Shown here one piece after another: positions 1 through 13,470 of a stretch of 64,000 nucleotides of DNA (its first letter is position 1; each line of letters begins with the position of its first letter). This stretch comes from Squalus acanthias (lineage: Eukaryota), in contig CM059433.1 in NCBI GenBank assembly GCA_030390025.1, positions 1,116,001 to 1,180,000 of the forward strand. The letters run 5' to 3'. A model generated the notes under the pieces. It did not search any database. It was not told where the DNA came from and saw only the letters and a list, made by a program, of their open reading frames with translations. Made by a program: the position numbers and the translations under genes.

Positions 1-1625
1 GTACGGCTCTCATCTTCGCTCCCTTAAGTCCAAGGGATGCAGACTTGAACGGATATGGCAGACAACTGATTTAGCCATTCGCCGCCCAGATCTGGCTGGA
101 CCACATAAAGCACTATCGGGCCCAGCTCCCGTCTGCCAAAATTGCTCACTATTCCAGAATAATTCTGGAATGCAAAGATAAACCCCGGCTCCTATTCTCT
201 ACTGCTAACCGTCTTCTTAAACCCCTCTCCCCTGTCTCCTCCACCCTCACCTCCGATAACAAATGTGCGGAGCTCATGGACTTCTTTGTTTCTAAGATTG
301 AGACCATCCGTTCAGCTGCCTCTGCCACTTCCCTTCCTTCTCCTAACCCACTGGGCCAAACTTCCTCAAAGGTTCCCCCCTTCCCCAGCCCGGAACTCAC
401 ATCTTTATTCAGTTTCTCTCCGATCTCCCCTCATGATCTCTCTGCGCTCATCTTGTCTATGAGACCCACCTCCTGCTCCCTCAACCCTGTTCCCACCAAA
501 CTGCTGACCACCCAACTTCCTTTTCTGGCTCCCATGTTAGCTGATATTGTTAACGGTTCTCTCTCCTCAGGTACTGTCCCCCTCTCCCTCAAATCTGCCG
601 CCATCACCCCTCTCCTCAAAAAAACAAACTTTGATCCCTCCGTCCTTGCAAACTACCACCCCATCTCCAACCTCCCTTTCCTCTCCAAAGTCCTTGAGCG
701 TGTTGTTTATCCCAAATCCGTGCCCATCTTTCCCGCAATTCCATGTTTGAATCCCTCCAATCAGGTTTCCGCCCTTGCCACAGGTTCTCATCAAAGTCAC
801 AAATGACGTCCTTTGTGACTGTGACAAAGGTAAACTATCCCTCCTCGTCCTTCTTGACTTGTCTGCAGCCTTTGACACGGTTGACCACTCCATCCTTCTC
901 CAACGCCTCTCCACCGTCGTCCAGCTGGGTGGGACTGCACTCGCCTGGTTCCATTCTTATCTATCTAATCGTAGCCAGAGAATCACCTGCAATGGCTTCT
1001 CTTGCCATTCCGCATCGTTATCTCTGGTGTCCCCCAAGGATCTATCCTTGGCCCCCTCCTATTTCTCATCTACATGTTGCCCCTTGGCGACATTATCTGA
1101 AAACACAGCGTCAGTTTCCACATGTATGCTGACGACACCCAGCTCTACCTCACTACCACTTCTCTCGACCTCTCCACGGTGTCTAAATTGTCAGACTGCT
1201 TGTCCGACATACAGTTCTGGATGAGCTAAAATTTTCTCCAATTAAATATTGAGAAGACCGAAGCCATTGTTTTCTGTCCCCGCCACAAACTCCGTTCCCT
1301 AGCCACTGACTCCATCCCTCTCCCTAACATCTGTCTGAGGCTGAACCACACTGTCTGCAACCTTGGTGTCATATTTGACCCTGAAATGAGCTTCCGACCA
1401 CATAGCCGCAGCATAACAAAGACCGCCTATTTCCACCTCTAACGTTGCCCGTCTCCGCCCCTGCCTCAGCTCATCCACTGCTGAAACCCTCATTCACGCC
1501 TTTATTACCTCTAGACTTGACTATTCCAATGCACTCCTGGCTGGCCTCCCACATTCCACCCTACGTAAACTTGAGGTCATCCAAAACTCGGCTGCCCGTG
1601 TCCTAACTCGCACCAAGTCCCGTTC
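1..1625 (+). mobile_element. L2-clade LINE, degraded RT region (continues beyond window start)
   Basis: Frameshifted RT motifs: [48 protein letters not shown] and YADDTQ (tatgctgacgacacccag), followed by RLDYSNALLAG. Confidence 0.92.
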
Positions 1626-1629
1626 CCGT

Positions 1630-2957
1630 TTGGGTAACACGCCAGCTCATCCTGCCGTGTTTTGAGTCTGCTCTGATGTTTCTGAAAAGCTGACAGCTGC
1701 AGAAGTGGTGTAAAGGATGCCATGTTGGAGATGGTGAGTTTCAGAGCGCAGAAACTGTTGGCTACTGCATTTTTAATACATATAGCGATTTCTTTAGCTT
1801 ACAAGTTTTTAGATCCAACTGTATGTCCAGTGCCACCTCATTTGGAGAACCTCTCTCACCAGTGACAGATCGCTTCTGTCATCTCACCTGCAGCTGCCAT
1901 CTATTCCAGCAACATCGGAGCCAATGAAACAATCAGACCTTGGTCCTCCGAATCCTTCCATAATCATCCCCAACACCAACATCACCAGGCACACCAACAG
2001 CACCAACAACATCACCAACCTTCACCTGATGCTGCACTGGACACAGGGCATCAGCCCCTGACAACATTGCTGCCTGGGAGGCCAGCGATGGCATCACCAT
2101 GGCCAGATTTTCTTCACTTGATGCTGTAAACCCTGGTTGCCACATGATGCGCCAGGTTGACACCATCCCACACCAGCACCGTGAAGCATCCCTTTAATGT
2201 CCAAGCCATTCCATGCACACTCATCGCTATAGCGGCGGGGACGGGGTGGGGGGGGGGGTGGAAGTTATGACTGAACAATCACTGGAACTCAGTAAAGACA
2301 CTTCTCAAGGTGCGCTCAGATCTGTCCAATAAGGGGCACTTTTTGAAAAAGAGATTTCACTGTATGACAACACATTACGAGAAACTTCACATGGACATTG
2401 GCTAAACCTCTCAAGTGCCTACCCTTGTGTGTTGTTAGTTGGTATGCTTGCAGTAGGATGAGGGTGAGTGTGAGGGGTGGCTAGTGAGATGGGGAAGTGA
2501 TAAAGTAGATAGAGAGGGTTGGGTGGAGGTGCAAGGTAAGTTGGTGTCCTGGGGAGGTCTCTTCCACCCTTGGAAGGGAAGAGAACCTCTCTGCATGCTG
2601 TGACTCCCTCCATAAGCATATGGAGGGAGTCACTGGAGAGCCTGGGTGCAAGAGTTCACCTTTGTGCAGTGATTGTCAGTGTTTGCAGCACCTCAATGCT
2701 GTCAAACACTGACAGAACAACTGTCAAACTCCATGTGGACGTGGTCCCTTTAAGGAAACCAACTGATGACGCATCATCAAATGAAGTCATCATACCCGCT
2801 TCCTGTTAATTGGCCGGTAAGCCCGCAGGGCGGGGCTTAACAAGGCCAATCAAGGGAAAATCACATCTGCAGAGCAGAGGCCTTTGGGGGTGGGACCGGA
2901 ACCGGGAAACCAGCTGTCCCGCCCCCATCCCGCCTCCAGAATTAAATCCGCGGCCCA
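1630..2957. mobile_element. Non-autonomous Harbinger-like element
   Basis: About 2050-2860 is clearly homologous to about 6420-7110. It ends in aaatccgcggccc, similar to the 7215 end. Left boundary uncertain. Confidence 0.6.
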
Positions 2958-3168
2958 AGGTTGCGAACAGTGTGGTTCAGCCTCAGACAGATGTTAGAGA
3001 GAGTGATGGAGTCAGTGGCTCGGGAACGGAGTTTGAGGTGGGGACCAAAGAATGGCTTCGGTCTTCCCAATATTTAGTTGGAGGAAATTTTTGCTCATCC
3101 AGTACTGGATGTCGGACAAGCAGTCTGAGGATTCAGTGACAGTGGAGGGGTCGAGAGAGGTGTGGTGA
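2958..3168 (-). mobile_element. L2 LINE fragment
   Basis: Reverse complement matches about 1150-1365 (SDCLSDIQYWMSKNFLQLNIGKTEAI). Confidence 0.85.
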
Positions 3169-4065
3169 GGTTCCTCATAATTGTTAATAATTAATAACAA
3201 TGAGGAAGTAAATTTTATAGAACAATTCTTTCTGATTAAAATCACACACTGTACAGCAGATGTGACAATGTGCTCTTTAAAAGGTTAAAATTTTACAGCT
3301 CTGATCAACAAACGTCTTTTGTATTTCACTGGGCATTCATGCAAAACAGATCTGTTGACAGTTGACATAATCAGCTAAGGAATTCAAAATAATTTACCTG
3401 CTGCCACTCCTGACAGCAACTGTCCTTTCTATGATAACCAAATTAATTTCTTGCCGTCGACAACTTCCCTAATCTAATTAGACTACACATTACAGTCAAA
3501 TTATATTACCACAGGGAATCCAAGGACCGTGTCACCCCAGAGATTTACATTTCAGTTGCAATTTGCATACAGCCCACACATGTGCCGTTTTGTGATCTTG
3601 TCTTAAGAACACCAAGCCTTCCGCTGACACGCAGTGGCCAGGTATTCTCAGCTGCAGAAAATAAACAAAGCTTTTTAAGCTTGCAGTGTTAAAAATTATT
3701 ATAAACTCTTCTCAATACAGTGCCGCATACAGACTGTTCAATTGTTTCTTCAGTATCAACATGTTATCTTTATTTTTTATTTGCCTAAGTTAGTTCCATT
3801 TAAAACACACGGGGTTATGTTGGTGAAAGGGTGAAAACAGTCGTTAAGTGGGTGCTGTGCTGATAAGACACGCCTGTTTGAAAGTCTGGTTTTAGCTGCA
3901 ACTTTGGTCCTAATTGTTGATTACCATAACTTGAACTTGTCTGGAGGCTAAAGCAGAAACCTGCAGCTTTAGCTCTCAAGCGCTGATTAGACACAATTCT
4001 CGTTGAGCAGTGTATGTGGGATCCTCGCACCCACTCCCACTGAAGGTGTGGAGCGCGCTGGCTGG

Positions 4066-4548
4066 CTCACAGCGACACGGTGCAGGATGGCTCAGGGAGC
4101 GAGGGAGAGGGCGCACAGGTTCTCGGACACAGCGGCACAGTGCAGGGTGGCTCAGGGATCAGGGGAGAGGGAGCACAGGTTCTCGGACACAGCGGCACAG
4201 TGCAGGATGGCTCAGGGAGCGAGGGAGAGGGAGCACAGGTTCTCGGACACAGCGGCACAGTGCAGGGTGGCTCAGGGATCAGGGGAGAGGGAGCACAGGT
4301 TCTCGGACACAGCGGCACAGTGCAGGGTGGCTCAGGGATCAGGGGCGAGGGAGCACAGGTTCTCGCACACAGTGGCACAGTACAGGAGGGCTCAGGGAGC
4401 GAGGGAGAGGGAGCACAGGTTCTCGGACACAGCGGCATGGTGCAGGATGGCTCAGGGATCAGGGGAGAGGGAGCACAGGTTCTCGCACACAGCGGCACAG
4501 TGCAGGGTGGCTCAGGGAGCGAGGGAGAGGGAGCACAGGTTCTCGGAC
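4066..4548. repeat. 60-bp minisatellite, about 8 copies
   Basis: Unit tgcagggtggctcagggatcaggggagagggagcacaggttctcggacacagcggcacag repeats in register on consecutive 60-nt lines. Confidence 0.97.
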
Positions 4549-5239
4549 AAATAAGGTATTGGTGAGACCGCACCTGGAATACTGCATACAGTTTTGGTGT
4601 CCATACTTAAGAAAAGACATACTTGCTCTCGAGGCAGTACAAAGAAGGTTCACTCGGTTAATCCCGGGGATGAGGGGGTGGACATATGAGGAGAGGTTGA
4701 GTAGATTGGGACTCTACTCATTGGAGTTCAGAAGAATGAGAGGCGATCTTATTGAAACATATAAGATTGTGAAGGGGCTTGATCGGGTGGATGCGGTAAG
4801 GATGTTCCCGATGATGGGTGAAACTAGAACTAGGGGGCATAGTGTTAGAATAAGGGGCTGCTCTTTCAAAACTGAGATGAGAAGGAACTACTTCACTCAG
4901 AGGGTAGTGGGTCTGTGGAATTTGCTGCCCCAGGAAGCTGCGGAAGCTACATCATTAAATAAATTTAAAACAGAAATAGACAGTTTCCTAGAAGTAAAGG
5001 GAATTAGGGGTTACGGGGAGCGGGCAGGAAATTGGACATGAGGTTGAGTTCGGATCGGTCAAGGCCCTGTGGGTGGCGGAGCGGGCCCAGGGGCTGAGTG
5101 GTCGGGTCCTGCTCCTACTTCTTGTGTTCTTTAGATTTGAGGTTAGGATCAGATCAGCCATGATCTCATTGAATGGCGGAGCAGGCTCGAGGGGCCGATT
5201 AGCCGACTCCTCCTATTTCTTATGTTCTTATGTTCTTAC
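4549..5239 (+). mobile_element. 5'-truncated CR1 LINE: ORF2 C-terminus plus 3' UTR
   Basis: Encodes KVLVRPHLEYCIQFWCPYLRKDI...RMRGDLIETYKI...FTQRVV. Ends in an 8-nt (TTCTTATG)n tail. Confidence 0.93.
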
Positions 5240-5915
5240 ACGGTACTGGAGGTCCTGGTGGAGGAAGTCCAGAGGAGGAGGAGGGATGTCCTGTACCCGC
5301 AGGGGGAAGGACGCCACCTCGCCCTCCTGTCCCTCTCTCCTGCAGAAGCTGGTGCTGCTCTGCCTGGCCTGATGTCCTCCTCCCAGAGGGGACCTCCAGC
5401 AAGATGCCCACGACCGAGCACTCCCTTTCTCCTGGTGATCCTATAAGGTGTCCAGTAAGGTGGAGTAGCACAGCACTTACTCTTTTAGGTGAAGACCTCA
5501 GAGAATTTCCAGAATAAATGTTGATAGAATATTAGTGAAGTCTTGACAAAGATCCCAGAAAGTCCTCCGCAAGCAAGTGAACAGCAAAAGGTGAATATAC
5601 CTTTAAGCAATGTTCTCTGTAAGCTGAGCGGCCTCGCAGCGCTCCAGGGGTCGGATGAGCCGGCTTTTAAATTGAAAAAAACCTCGTATGCGCGGACTTT
5701 TAAATGGACTGCGCAGCCCGTTAAAGGGGCCGCGTGGCCCAAAAACAAATTACGGGGAACATTGCCTTTAAGTAGTGCTCAACGTCCTCTGCAATGACTA
5801 GTTTACTCCCAAACAGCTGGTCGCTGTTAGCAGCGGGCGTTAGGTCAAGCGCTAGGCACCAAAATGCCATGTAGCCTCCTTAATAAGCGCTAACAGGCAA
5901 TTTAAGTGGCAATCA
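5240..5915. mobile_element. Harbinger-derived remnant (Myb/SANT N-terminus fragment)
   Basis: VLEVLVEEVQRRRRDVLYPQ resembles the Myb-gene starts at 22638 and about 33720. Confidence 0.55.
5608..5764. mobile_element. 157-bp hAT-type MITE
   Basis: TIR CAATGTTCTCTGTAA / TTACGGGGAACATTG. Exact 8-bp TSD CCTTTAAG at 5600-5607 and 5765-5772. Confidence 0.88.
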
Positions 5916-5920
5916 GCCTT

Positions 5921-7442
5921 TGTTACCTCTAGACTTGACTATTCCAACGCGCTCCTGGCTGGCCTCCCACATTCCACCCTACGCAAACTTGAGGTCATCC
6001 AAAACTCGGCTGCCCGTGTCCTAACTCGCACCAAGTCCTGTTTGCCCATCACCCCTGTGCTCGCTGACCTACATTGGCTCCCGGTTAAGCAGCGCCTCGA
6101 TTTCAAAATTCTCATCCTTGTTTTCAAATCCCTCCATGGCCTTGCCCCTTCCTATCTCTGTAATCTCCAGTAGCCCCACAACCCCCCCACCCCCGCCCCG
6201 AGATATCTGCGCTCTTCTAATTCTGCCCTCTTGAGCATCCCTGATTATAATCGTTCAACCTTTGGTGGCCGTGCCTTCTGTTGCTTAGACCCTAAGGGGG
6301 GAATTTTTCGGGGGGGGTCAGCAGGCGTGTTTGGTGGCTGGGAAATATTTTTTTTGACAGTGGGTAGGGAACGCGCTGTCAAGGTGCCTCCACGCTAGTC
6401 TCCCAGATGTCGGGTCTGTCATTGCTGAACAGACCGCCAGGGATGGCCTCATCATGGCCAGATTTACTTCACTTGACGCTGTACACACTGGCTGCCACAT
6501 GATGCGCCAGGTTGGTACCACCCCACACCAACACCATAAAGCATCACTACAATGCCCAAGCCATTCCTTTCACACTCATCACCATTACGGGGGGTACTGT
6601 TACGTCTCACCATTCACTGCAACTCACTAAGCCACTTCCAAAGGTGCACACAACTCTGTCCAAGAACGCAAAGTGTTGAAAATAAAGATTTCAATGTTTG
6701 ACAGCACATTAACAGAAACTTCACATGAACATTGGCTAAAACACACAAGTACCTACCCTTGTGTGTTGTTAGTTGGTATGATTGGACTTGGATGAGGGTG
6801 AGTGTGAGGGGTGGCTAGTGAAATGGGGAGGGGAAGGGAAGAGGACCTCCCTGTGTGCTGTGACTCCCTCCATAAGCATATGGAGGGAGTCATGGGAGAG
6901 CCTGGGTGCAGCCCTGTGCCTCTGTGCAGTGCTTGTCAGTATTTGCAGCACCTCAATGCTGTAGAACACTGACAGCACAACTGTCAAACTCAATTTGCGC
7001 ATGGTCCCTTTAAGGAAACCAGCTGATGACGCATCATCAAATGACGTCATCAGACCCGCTTCCTTCAATTGGCCGGGAACCTCGCTGGGCGGGCTTAACA
7101 AGCCCAATCATCGTAAAATCATTTCACAGAGTGGGCTGGAGCCAGCAGCGGGGTCGGGACCTGCCACCGAACGCGACCCACACCGGACCCGCGTCGGTCG
7201 GCGAAATCGCGGCCTTACGCTCTGGAATTCCCTGCCTAAACCTCTCCGCCTCGCGACCTCTCTCTCCTCCTTTAGAACGCTCCTTAAAACCTTCCTCTTT
7301 GAACAAGCTTTTGGTCACCTGCCCTAAATTCTCCTTATGTGGCTCAGTGTCAAATATTTAGTCTTGTAACACTCCTGTGAAGCGCCTTGGGACGTTTTAC
7401 TACGTTAAAGGTGCTATGTAAATACAAGTTGTTGTTGTTGTT
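5921..7442 (+). mobile_element. L2 3' end, split by an insertion at 6296-7215
   Basis: Colinear with the uninterrupted copy at 15977-16548. Ends in a (GTT)n tail. Confidence 0.9.
6296..7215. mobile_element. Non-autonomous Harbinger-like insertion
   Basis: Interrupts L2 at ccc-TAA-gctctgg (TAA left, TAC right). Imperfect G/C-rich TIRs. Homologous to 1630-2957. Confidence 0.75.
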
Positions 7443-7966
7443 AACGATCCTCTGGGCGGCCGCTCCTAGCGCGCGCTTCAACTCCTTTACCAAGATGGCG
7501 TCTTGTGCTAAACCCGGTGTTGCTTCTCAAGACCTTATCTTGGCCATCTCGGAGGATCATTAGTGCCTAAAGTATCTGGGGAAAATCACCCCCATTGTTG
7601 AAGTTCCATGAGTGGCGATTTTCCTCTTTGGGGCCAAGTGGGGGCAGGGTGGGTCTTCCGCCCGCCCCTCTGTATCCGCTCCAACCCTGATCCATTTTCC
7701 TGGCTTAGGGCTCGGTATATATGCACGGCGGGTTCCCGACGGAATTCCCGACCATCAAAAGGGGGCCCATCAGTTCATAGACAGAGAATCCCGGCAGTGC
7801 CGCAGTGTCTGTAGATCTGGGAGCAGCATTAAAGTGGCAGAAGTATCCCGAAGATTAGTAGAGGCGTCCCACTGAAGCCCTCGGCCTTCAAGAATTAAGT
7901 GTTGGAAGTGAATGGAGGGAGAGCGACAAGGTCCTCTTCCTCCATCAGGGGTATGTCAATGTCATT

Positions 7967-8711
7967 GGCCCAAAAATTAGTCTCACTACGTGAGAGTACG
8001 CACTGTGTACTCTCGCGTATTCTGTCTCCAATTGCCGGTTTTCTGCATGCACTGTGCATGCGTTGAAAACCGGCACTTGGTGATTTCAAAAGGGGGCGGT
8101 TCCTAGGTGAACCGCGTGTGCGCTACAGGCTGCGCGCACGCAGTGCACTTAGTGCTTTGAACGTGCAGGTAAGCATGGAGGATTTTGCACATAAAGAAAG
8201 GAGGCGTAAGACCCTCTTTTAACAAGGTAAGTAGTTAATTAAGTATTATTTTGAATTTTTTTCAACAGGTATATCTTTTTTAGAGACTTTAAAGAAAGGT
8301 AAGTTTATTTTTATAACTTTTAAAAAGATTTTACATTTTTTCAAAAATGTAATTTTTTGTTTAAAGTGGTTAATTTATTTAACTATATTTATTTTATTAA
8401 TGTGATGGGTTTTTTTAAAAATTTAATTGAGGTTTAGCTGTTCTTTTGGGGGGGTGTAGTATTCATAGCTTTCACAGCCCTTGCTGTGAAAACTATGAAT
8501 GAAAGATGGTGTGCTGCCATTGGCTCTAACTGAATCACGTGATCCCACAGCTCGCACGAATTAACTGCGTCTGTGGGATACGCACACACTGCACAGCTGC
8601 TGTCAAGAAACTCAAGTTCGTGTGAGCTCGGAAGGAAAAGGCAGGCGCGCAGTGAGATATCGCGAGGAAGCCTTACCCCCGCAGGAAGGCTCCGTCTTTA
8701 ATTTCTGGGCC
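7967..8711. mobile_element. Harbinger-type MITE with AT-rich core
   Basis: TIR GGCCCAAAAATTA / TAATTTCTGGGCC and 3-bp TSD ATT. Confidence 0.8.
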
Positions 8712-9749
8712 ATTATCTCCACTTCCTGGCGCCCACTGCTATCTTCCCAATGGTGGCCCTGGGAAGCAGAAAATCCACCAGGATCTGGGTCCTGGGCCCC
8801 GGCCATCATTTGAATACACCTGGTGGGGAAGGAGTGGCCTGATGGGCCGGTGAGTGAGAAATCCTGCTTGAGGCAGTGAGATGGCACCAGTTGTGGTTGA
8901 AATCCTTCGGCCCCTATGTATATCTTCCGTAGAAATGTCATTGTCTTCACTGGCTACATAAACCGTCACCAAATCGGAGGGATTATTTTTATTTCTGTTT
9001 GAATATACACATTTACAAATAACCAGAATTATGATTCAGGAGACTTGAACTCTGATACCAACCCCCGCCCTTCCCCCCGCACCTAATGAGGTCAGGGCAT
9101 GTGGGAGGTTAAAACCCTTGCAGCAACATACTCACCCATCATCACTGGCCTCGCGCTTCACTGCATATTAGCCACAAGACAGCGAGGCCCGCACACCAAT
9201 CAGGCGAGGGCCTCATTGAAATTCAAAAGTCAGGGTCCGATGATGTCACTCAGAGCCCGGCGATGTTTCAAAGTTGGAGAGCCGCGTCTGGTGCCCGAGG
9301 CCAGCCTCACCAGGAGCACGAAGGAGCAGGAGTGGTCCTCTGGACCACACAAGGAAACCTCGGCCCACGGTCTTTCCTCCCTCGATCCGATTGCCTACCC
9401 ACTCCGCCCTCCCTCCCTAACCACCTATCTGTCTGCCGGTGACTGTTCCCGCGGGAACACTCTGCCACGCTCGCCTGACTCCCGCCTGCTGGCCTGATAT
9501 CATTGACGCTGGGCTCGGATGGGAGCCTGGTCTGGTCTATTTAAATGAGGCCCAGGAGTTAAAATGGCCTGGGCGTCACGTCGGTGGGTTGCGGCTTCGA
9601 AATCAGATGTCCAGACCAAAGATTTAGCATCAGAACAATGAGTGACCTATATAAAATCTACCCAGGCTCAGCAGTTCAATGTACTCATGCATCATGTCTC
9701 AGAAATCATTGGGCACTCCATTCGCTGAGAATGTTGTGTTGATGATACT

Positions 9750-9860
9750 GCTGGCATTCTGAAATAAAAACAGAAAATGCTGGAAATACTCAGTAGGTCA
9801 GGCAGCATCTATGGAGAGAGAAACAGAGTTAACGTTTCAGGTCGATGACCCTTCGTCAGA
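9750..9860 (-). mobile_element. Penelope-like terminal repeat fragment with hammerhead-like core
   Basis: Minus strand reads CTGACGA-AGGGTC-ATC-GACCT-GAAACGTTAAC. Same family as 23743-23897 and 38333-38485. Confidence 0.65.
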
Positions 9861-11129
9861 CCCTTCGCTGGCACTCTTCCTGCTTTGTATTGGTTGCTAG
9901 ATATGCTGTTGTGATGTGGGGACTGCTCTTGGGGACTGATGTAAAAACAAAATCAACGTCAATTCATGGGGGCATGGAAAGCCATTGGAGCTTGGTAATG
10001 ATAAGATGATAACAGTGTGCTACTTTGTGTATTTGAGAATGTGAGCTGCAGCATTCTGAATAACACAATTTATAGAAAGTGGAAGTGAGAAAGCCAGCGA
10101 GTGGGGCATTAGAGAAAGGGAATGAGTAGTAACACCGTGCAGCCACATCCGGAGTCTGCGGCCTCAGACGCTGTCCTGCCAGGGCCAGGTTCCTCTAATG
10201 ATGGCACTTCTGGTCAGCCCCTCAGATGATGTCACTTCCTCCTTGTCGGAGCTCAGTGCCTTGCAGCTGCTCTTCTGGATTGTTGTGAGGATCTGTCACT
10301 AACGCCAAAAATAGCTGCTTTTGGTGAGTTGGCTTTCAATTCATCGTGCTAATTGATTGTCTGATTAACTACTCCAGTTGTATAATTTTACTACTTTAGT
10401 TGTATAATTGTAGAGAAATTGAGGCTCAAGGTGATAAAGATGTGGATTCGGGTTTGAGCAGCAATGGCAAGAGGCGGGGCGGATGTTGGCACTGTTGTGG
10501 GGGTAATGAAGTGGTTGTACGGAGGGAAGCTCAGCTTTCGGTTGAGCGGTATCATTAGATTCCGCACCTCTGGACTTAGCCTGAAGTGGTAGGCAGGGAA
10601 ATCCATGGAGTCAAAGCCAGAGCCATGCATGTATTGGCAGAAGCAAAAGGGTAGCTTTGGCTTTGCGATCGCTAGGAAGGAGGAAATTTAACTCATGCAC
10701 CTCATCTTAATGTGAAACAAAAAGTTGGTGAGTGGTCACTTGCTCATTGTGCCTCAATAACTTGGCTTCAATATCCTTATCCTCACTTTCAAATCCCTCC
10801 ATAGCTTTGCCCAACCCTACTTCAGCAAGCTCCTCCAGCCCTCTGTTCCTGCATGTGACCTCCACTCCTCTAACACTGGTTTACTTTGTGTTCCCAGCTC
10901 TTCTGCTCTACACTGGTGGCCACTCGTTCAGTCACTATGTCCCTGCGCTCTAAGATTCATTCCCACAACTATGCTGCCATCCCACCTCCCTCCCCACTTC
11001 AGCAGCCTCTGAAAAAAAAATCTCCTTTAGCCCCTCCACCCCACCCCACTCTCCCCACCATAACCTTTTCCCATTTTTCCTTATCCCCTGTCACTTGACA
11101 TTCTCTTTACACCACTCTTGAAGGGCTTT

Positions 11130-11560
11130 GAGGCATCTGTATTTGTGTGAGGAGTGCGACAGCAATGTAAGTTATTGTGGCTGCAATGTATGAGGCGAAA
11201 AACTGGAATCTGAGAAATACGCAGAAGCAGCACTGGATGCTTTTGGAATCTGCTGTACCGGAAGAATGCTGAATATCAGTAGAAAGAACAGCGTAACCAG
11301 CACTGAGGTCACGAGAAGTGATCTGTGTGCAAGAACGGGCCATATCAGAGTGAGAAGATTGGGATGAGCAAGGCAGGTGTGCCGTAAATGTGAAGATCGC
11401 TGCACTCAGAAGGCGATGGAAGAAGGATGGGCGACGGCAGAGGATCACATGGCAGGTCAACGCTGAAATAGTGGAACTGTGTACGGATAGACCTAATTGA
11501 AAAAATGACAATGTGCAGACTCCTGTAGGAACTGGCAGAGAGACAGATTGTGGCATCTGT
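11130..11560 (+). mobile_element. Ancient RTE-clade LINE 3' remnant
   Basis: Frameshifted AMYEAKNWNL..LDAFGICC.GRMLNIS...VTSTEV...IRVRRLG* resembles the RTE C-terminal pattern YG.ETW.L....L.AFE..C.RRML.I. Confidence 0.6.
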
Positions 11561-12807
11561 AGTCAGCGTTGTTATGAAGGTTGACTGGGCTGATCAGACT
11601 GTCTTATTATCCATACCCTTTAACACAGATTAAATCACATTAAAAACCCTGTAGTGTGGTTTAACCTAAGCTTAGAAATATGAGGAAAGCATGTCCAACG
11701 GTGGTAGCTCTTACCCACATGACAAGCTTGGCTATGAGTGTCGGCAGTTCTCCGGCAGCTTGCTGCAGTTGCTATCCCTCAGATATGAGACCTTAGTGAG
11801 TGCGGCAGATGACTTGACCACGGCGAGCATCACAACTGAACCTGTTTTCATCCTCACCTGAAATTCTGCTCGTGTTCTTTCCAGTAAGGGTCCATGGATA
11901 GCAAACAGGATTCCTGAGCTTCTGCCGGATGTAAATTTGACTGAGTTCAGCTAATTACATAGCCCAGTGATGGAACCTGGGACTTCCCTAGTCTGAATGA
12001 TGCAGTATCACATCCTGCTGTGCATCCACTGAACCATCAGAGTTGCCGCTCACTCCCAATATTTTATGTGTGAAATTTTCTGATATCCCGTGCCACTGTT
12101 GGGCCTTTCAAGCAGCAGGTGACTTAGTGGGAAATCACAAGTGCACTGCCTCTGATTTTCCAATACGCTGTGTGTGTAAGGCTCCATAAATGGTGTGGAG
12201 TCTCAGAAAAAATAGCTCTATATTTATTGTAAATTCCAGCTTTAATAATATCATAATTTAGGTAGCAAAGAAGCCATTGGAAATGTATTCTGGAAGTAAA
12301 ACCATTTTTCAATGGGGCAAAATCCTAATTACCACTGAAACATTAAAAATAAATAGTGTTATTATTTAAGTTATATTCCCCAATGCTTTTTCTCATGTAA
12401 ATGATGTGACAACAGTATCTGTAGGCTGTTTGCGGTCTCCTATGAAATAAAACTTGCTTCTTTATTTTAATGCTATTTTAGATTAAACCCGATTGTGGAA
12501 AATTGCCTACTGATGAATATGTGGGATGTCCACTCTATTTCCTGTTAATCTAGACAATAGAAAATGTCACACCATTACACCCTTTATGCAGGCTAAATTG
12601 CTGTTCATTATTTATTTACAAATAAGATTATACACAGAAGCAATATCCTACATAGCACAATAGTTATACAGGAAAACTGGAAACAGCCCACAAGGAGTGA
12701 ACATACCTTTTATAAAAAGCTCCTTGAAATGTAATCGTTTCTTTCGATGAATCAGCTGAGTCTTGTCTTTGAGTGGTATACAGTCTGTATTCTCAAAATT
12801 TAACTTC

Positions 12808-13470
12808 TGTAGGGGGTGGTGTGGTAGGGTCAGCTTCACCTCTGACTCAGTGAGTGGTTCGAATCGCTCCCACGCCCCTGGTTCTAGACCTTGGACTTAT
12901 TTGGGGGTCGTGAACAAAGGTACAGTAGACAACAGGTTTTGATGCAAGAACTTTGATCTTTATTCAAGAAAGTAAAATACAACACAAACACTCTTAACAC
13001 TCTAAAGGTGGGGAACACTTCGGTACACGCGAGGGAAATAACATTAGAAGAATACTTCACCCCTCCCAATCCCACTTCACTAGCTAGGTTGGACTCTGGA
13101 GAACCAGGGATAATGCTCACCAAATGAATCCTTGACAGTTGAGAGTTAGGGTTTAGAGTCTTTTGAGTAAAAGGTTTCATAAGGCCCTTGTTGCCGCGAG
13201 GTGTCCGATGGTCACTGAGGCGGTTGCTCTGGTCTCTTCTTGCGTGTCGGCCTGCTTCTGGAGCTGTTGGCTTTCTTTGTTGAACTGCTTTCTGTTTAAA
13301 CTGTCTTCTTCCGAGCTGTGGAACTGCCTTCTTGCAGAACTGTGGAAACTGCCTTCTGCCTGCTTGTTGAACTTGAACTGTTTTACTGGAGAACTGGAGA
13401 ACTCCCTTCTTACTGAACTGTCTTCTTTAACTGCCCAACTTGCTTCTCCTGAACTCACCACCATTTGCAG
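12808..13470 (-). mobile_element. Possible LTR remnant
   Basis: Minus strand has AATAAA (12958-12963) and ends ...CCCCTACA. Short internal repeats (gaactg). No TSD found. Confidence 0.35.

Noticed and set aside
4010..5041. Chimeric repeat-CR1 protein of 343 aa
   Set aside because: It starts at GTG, the 60-bp repeat is open in all frames, and in-frame fusion has a one-in-three chance.
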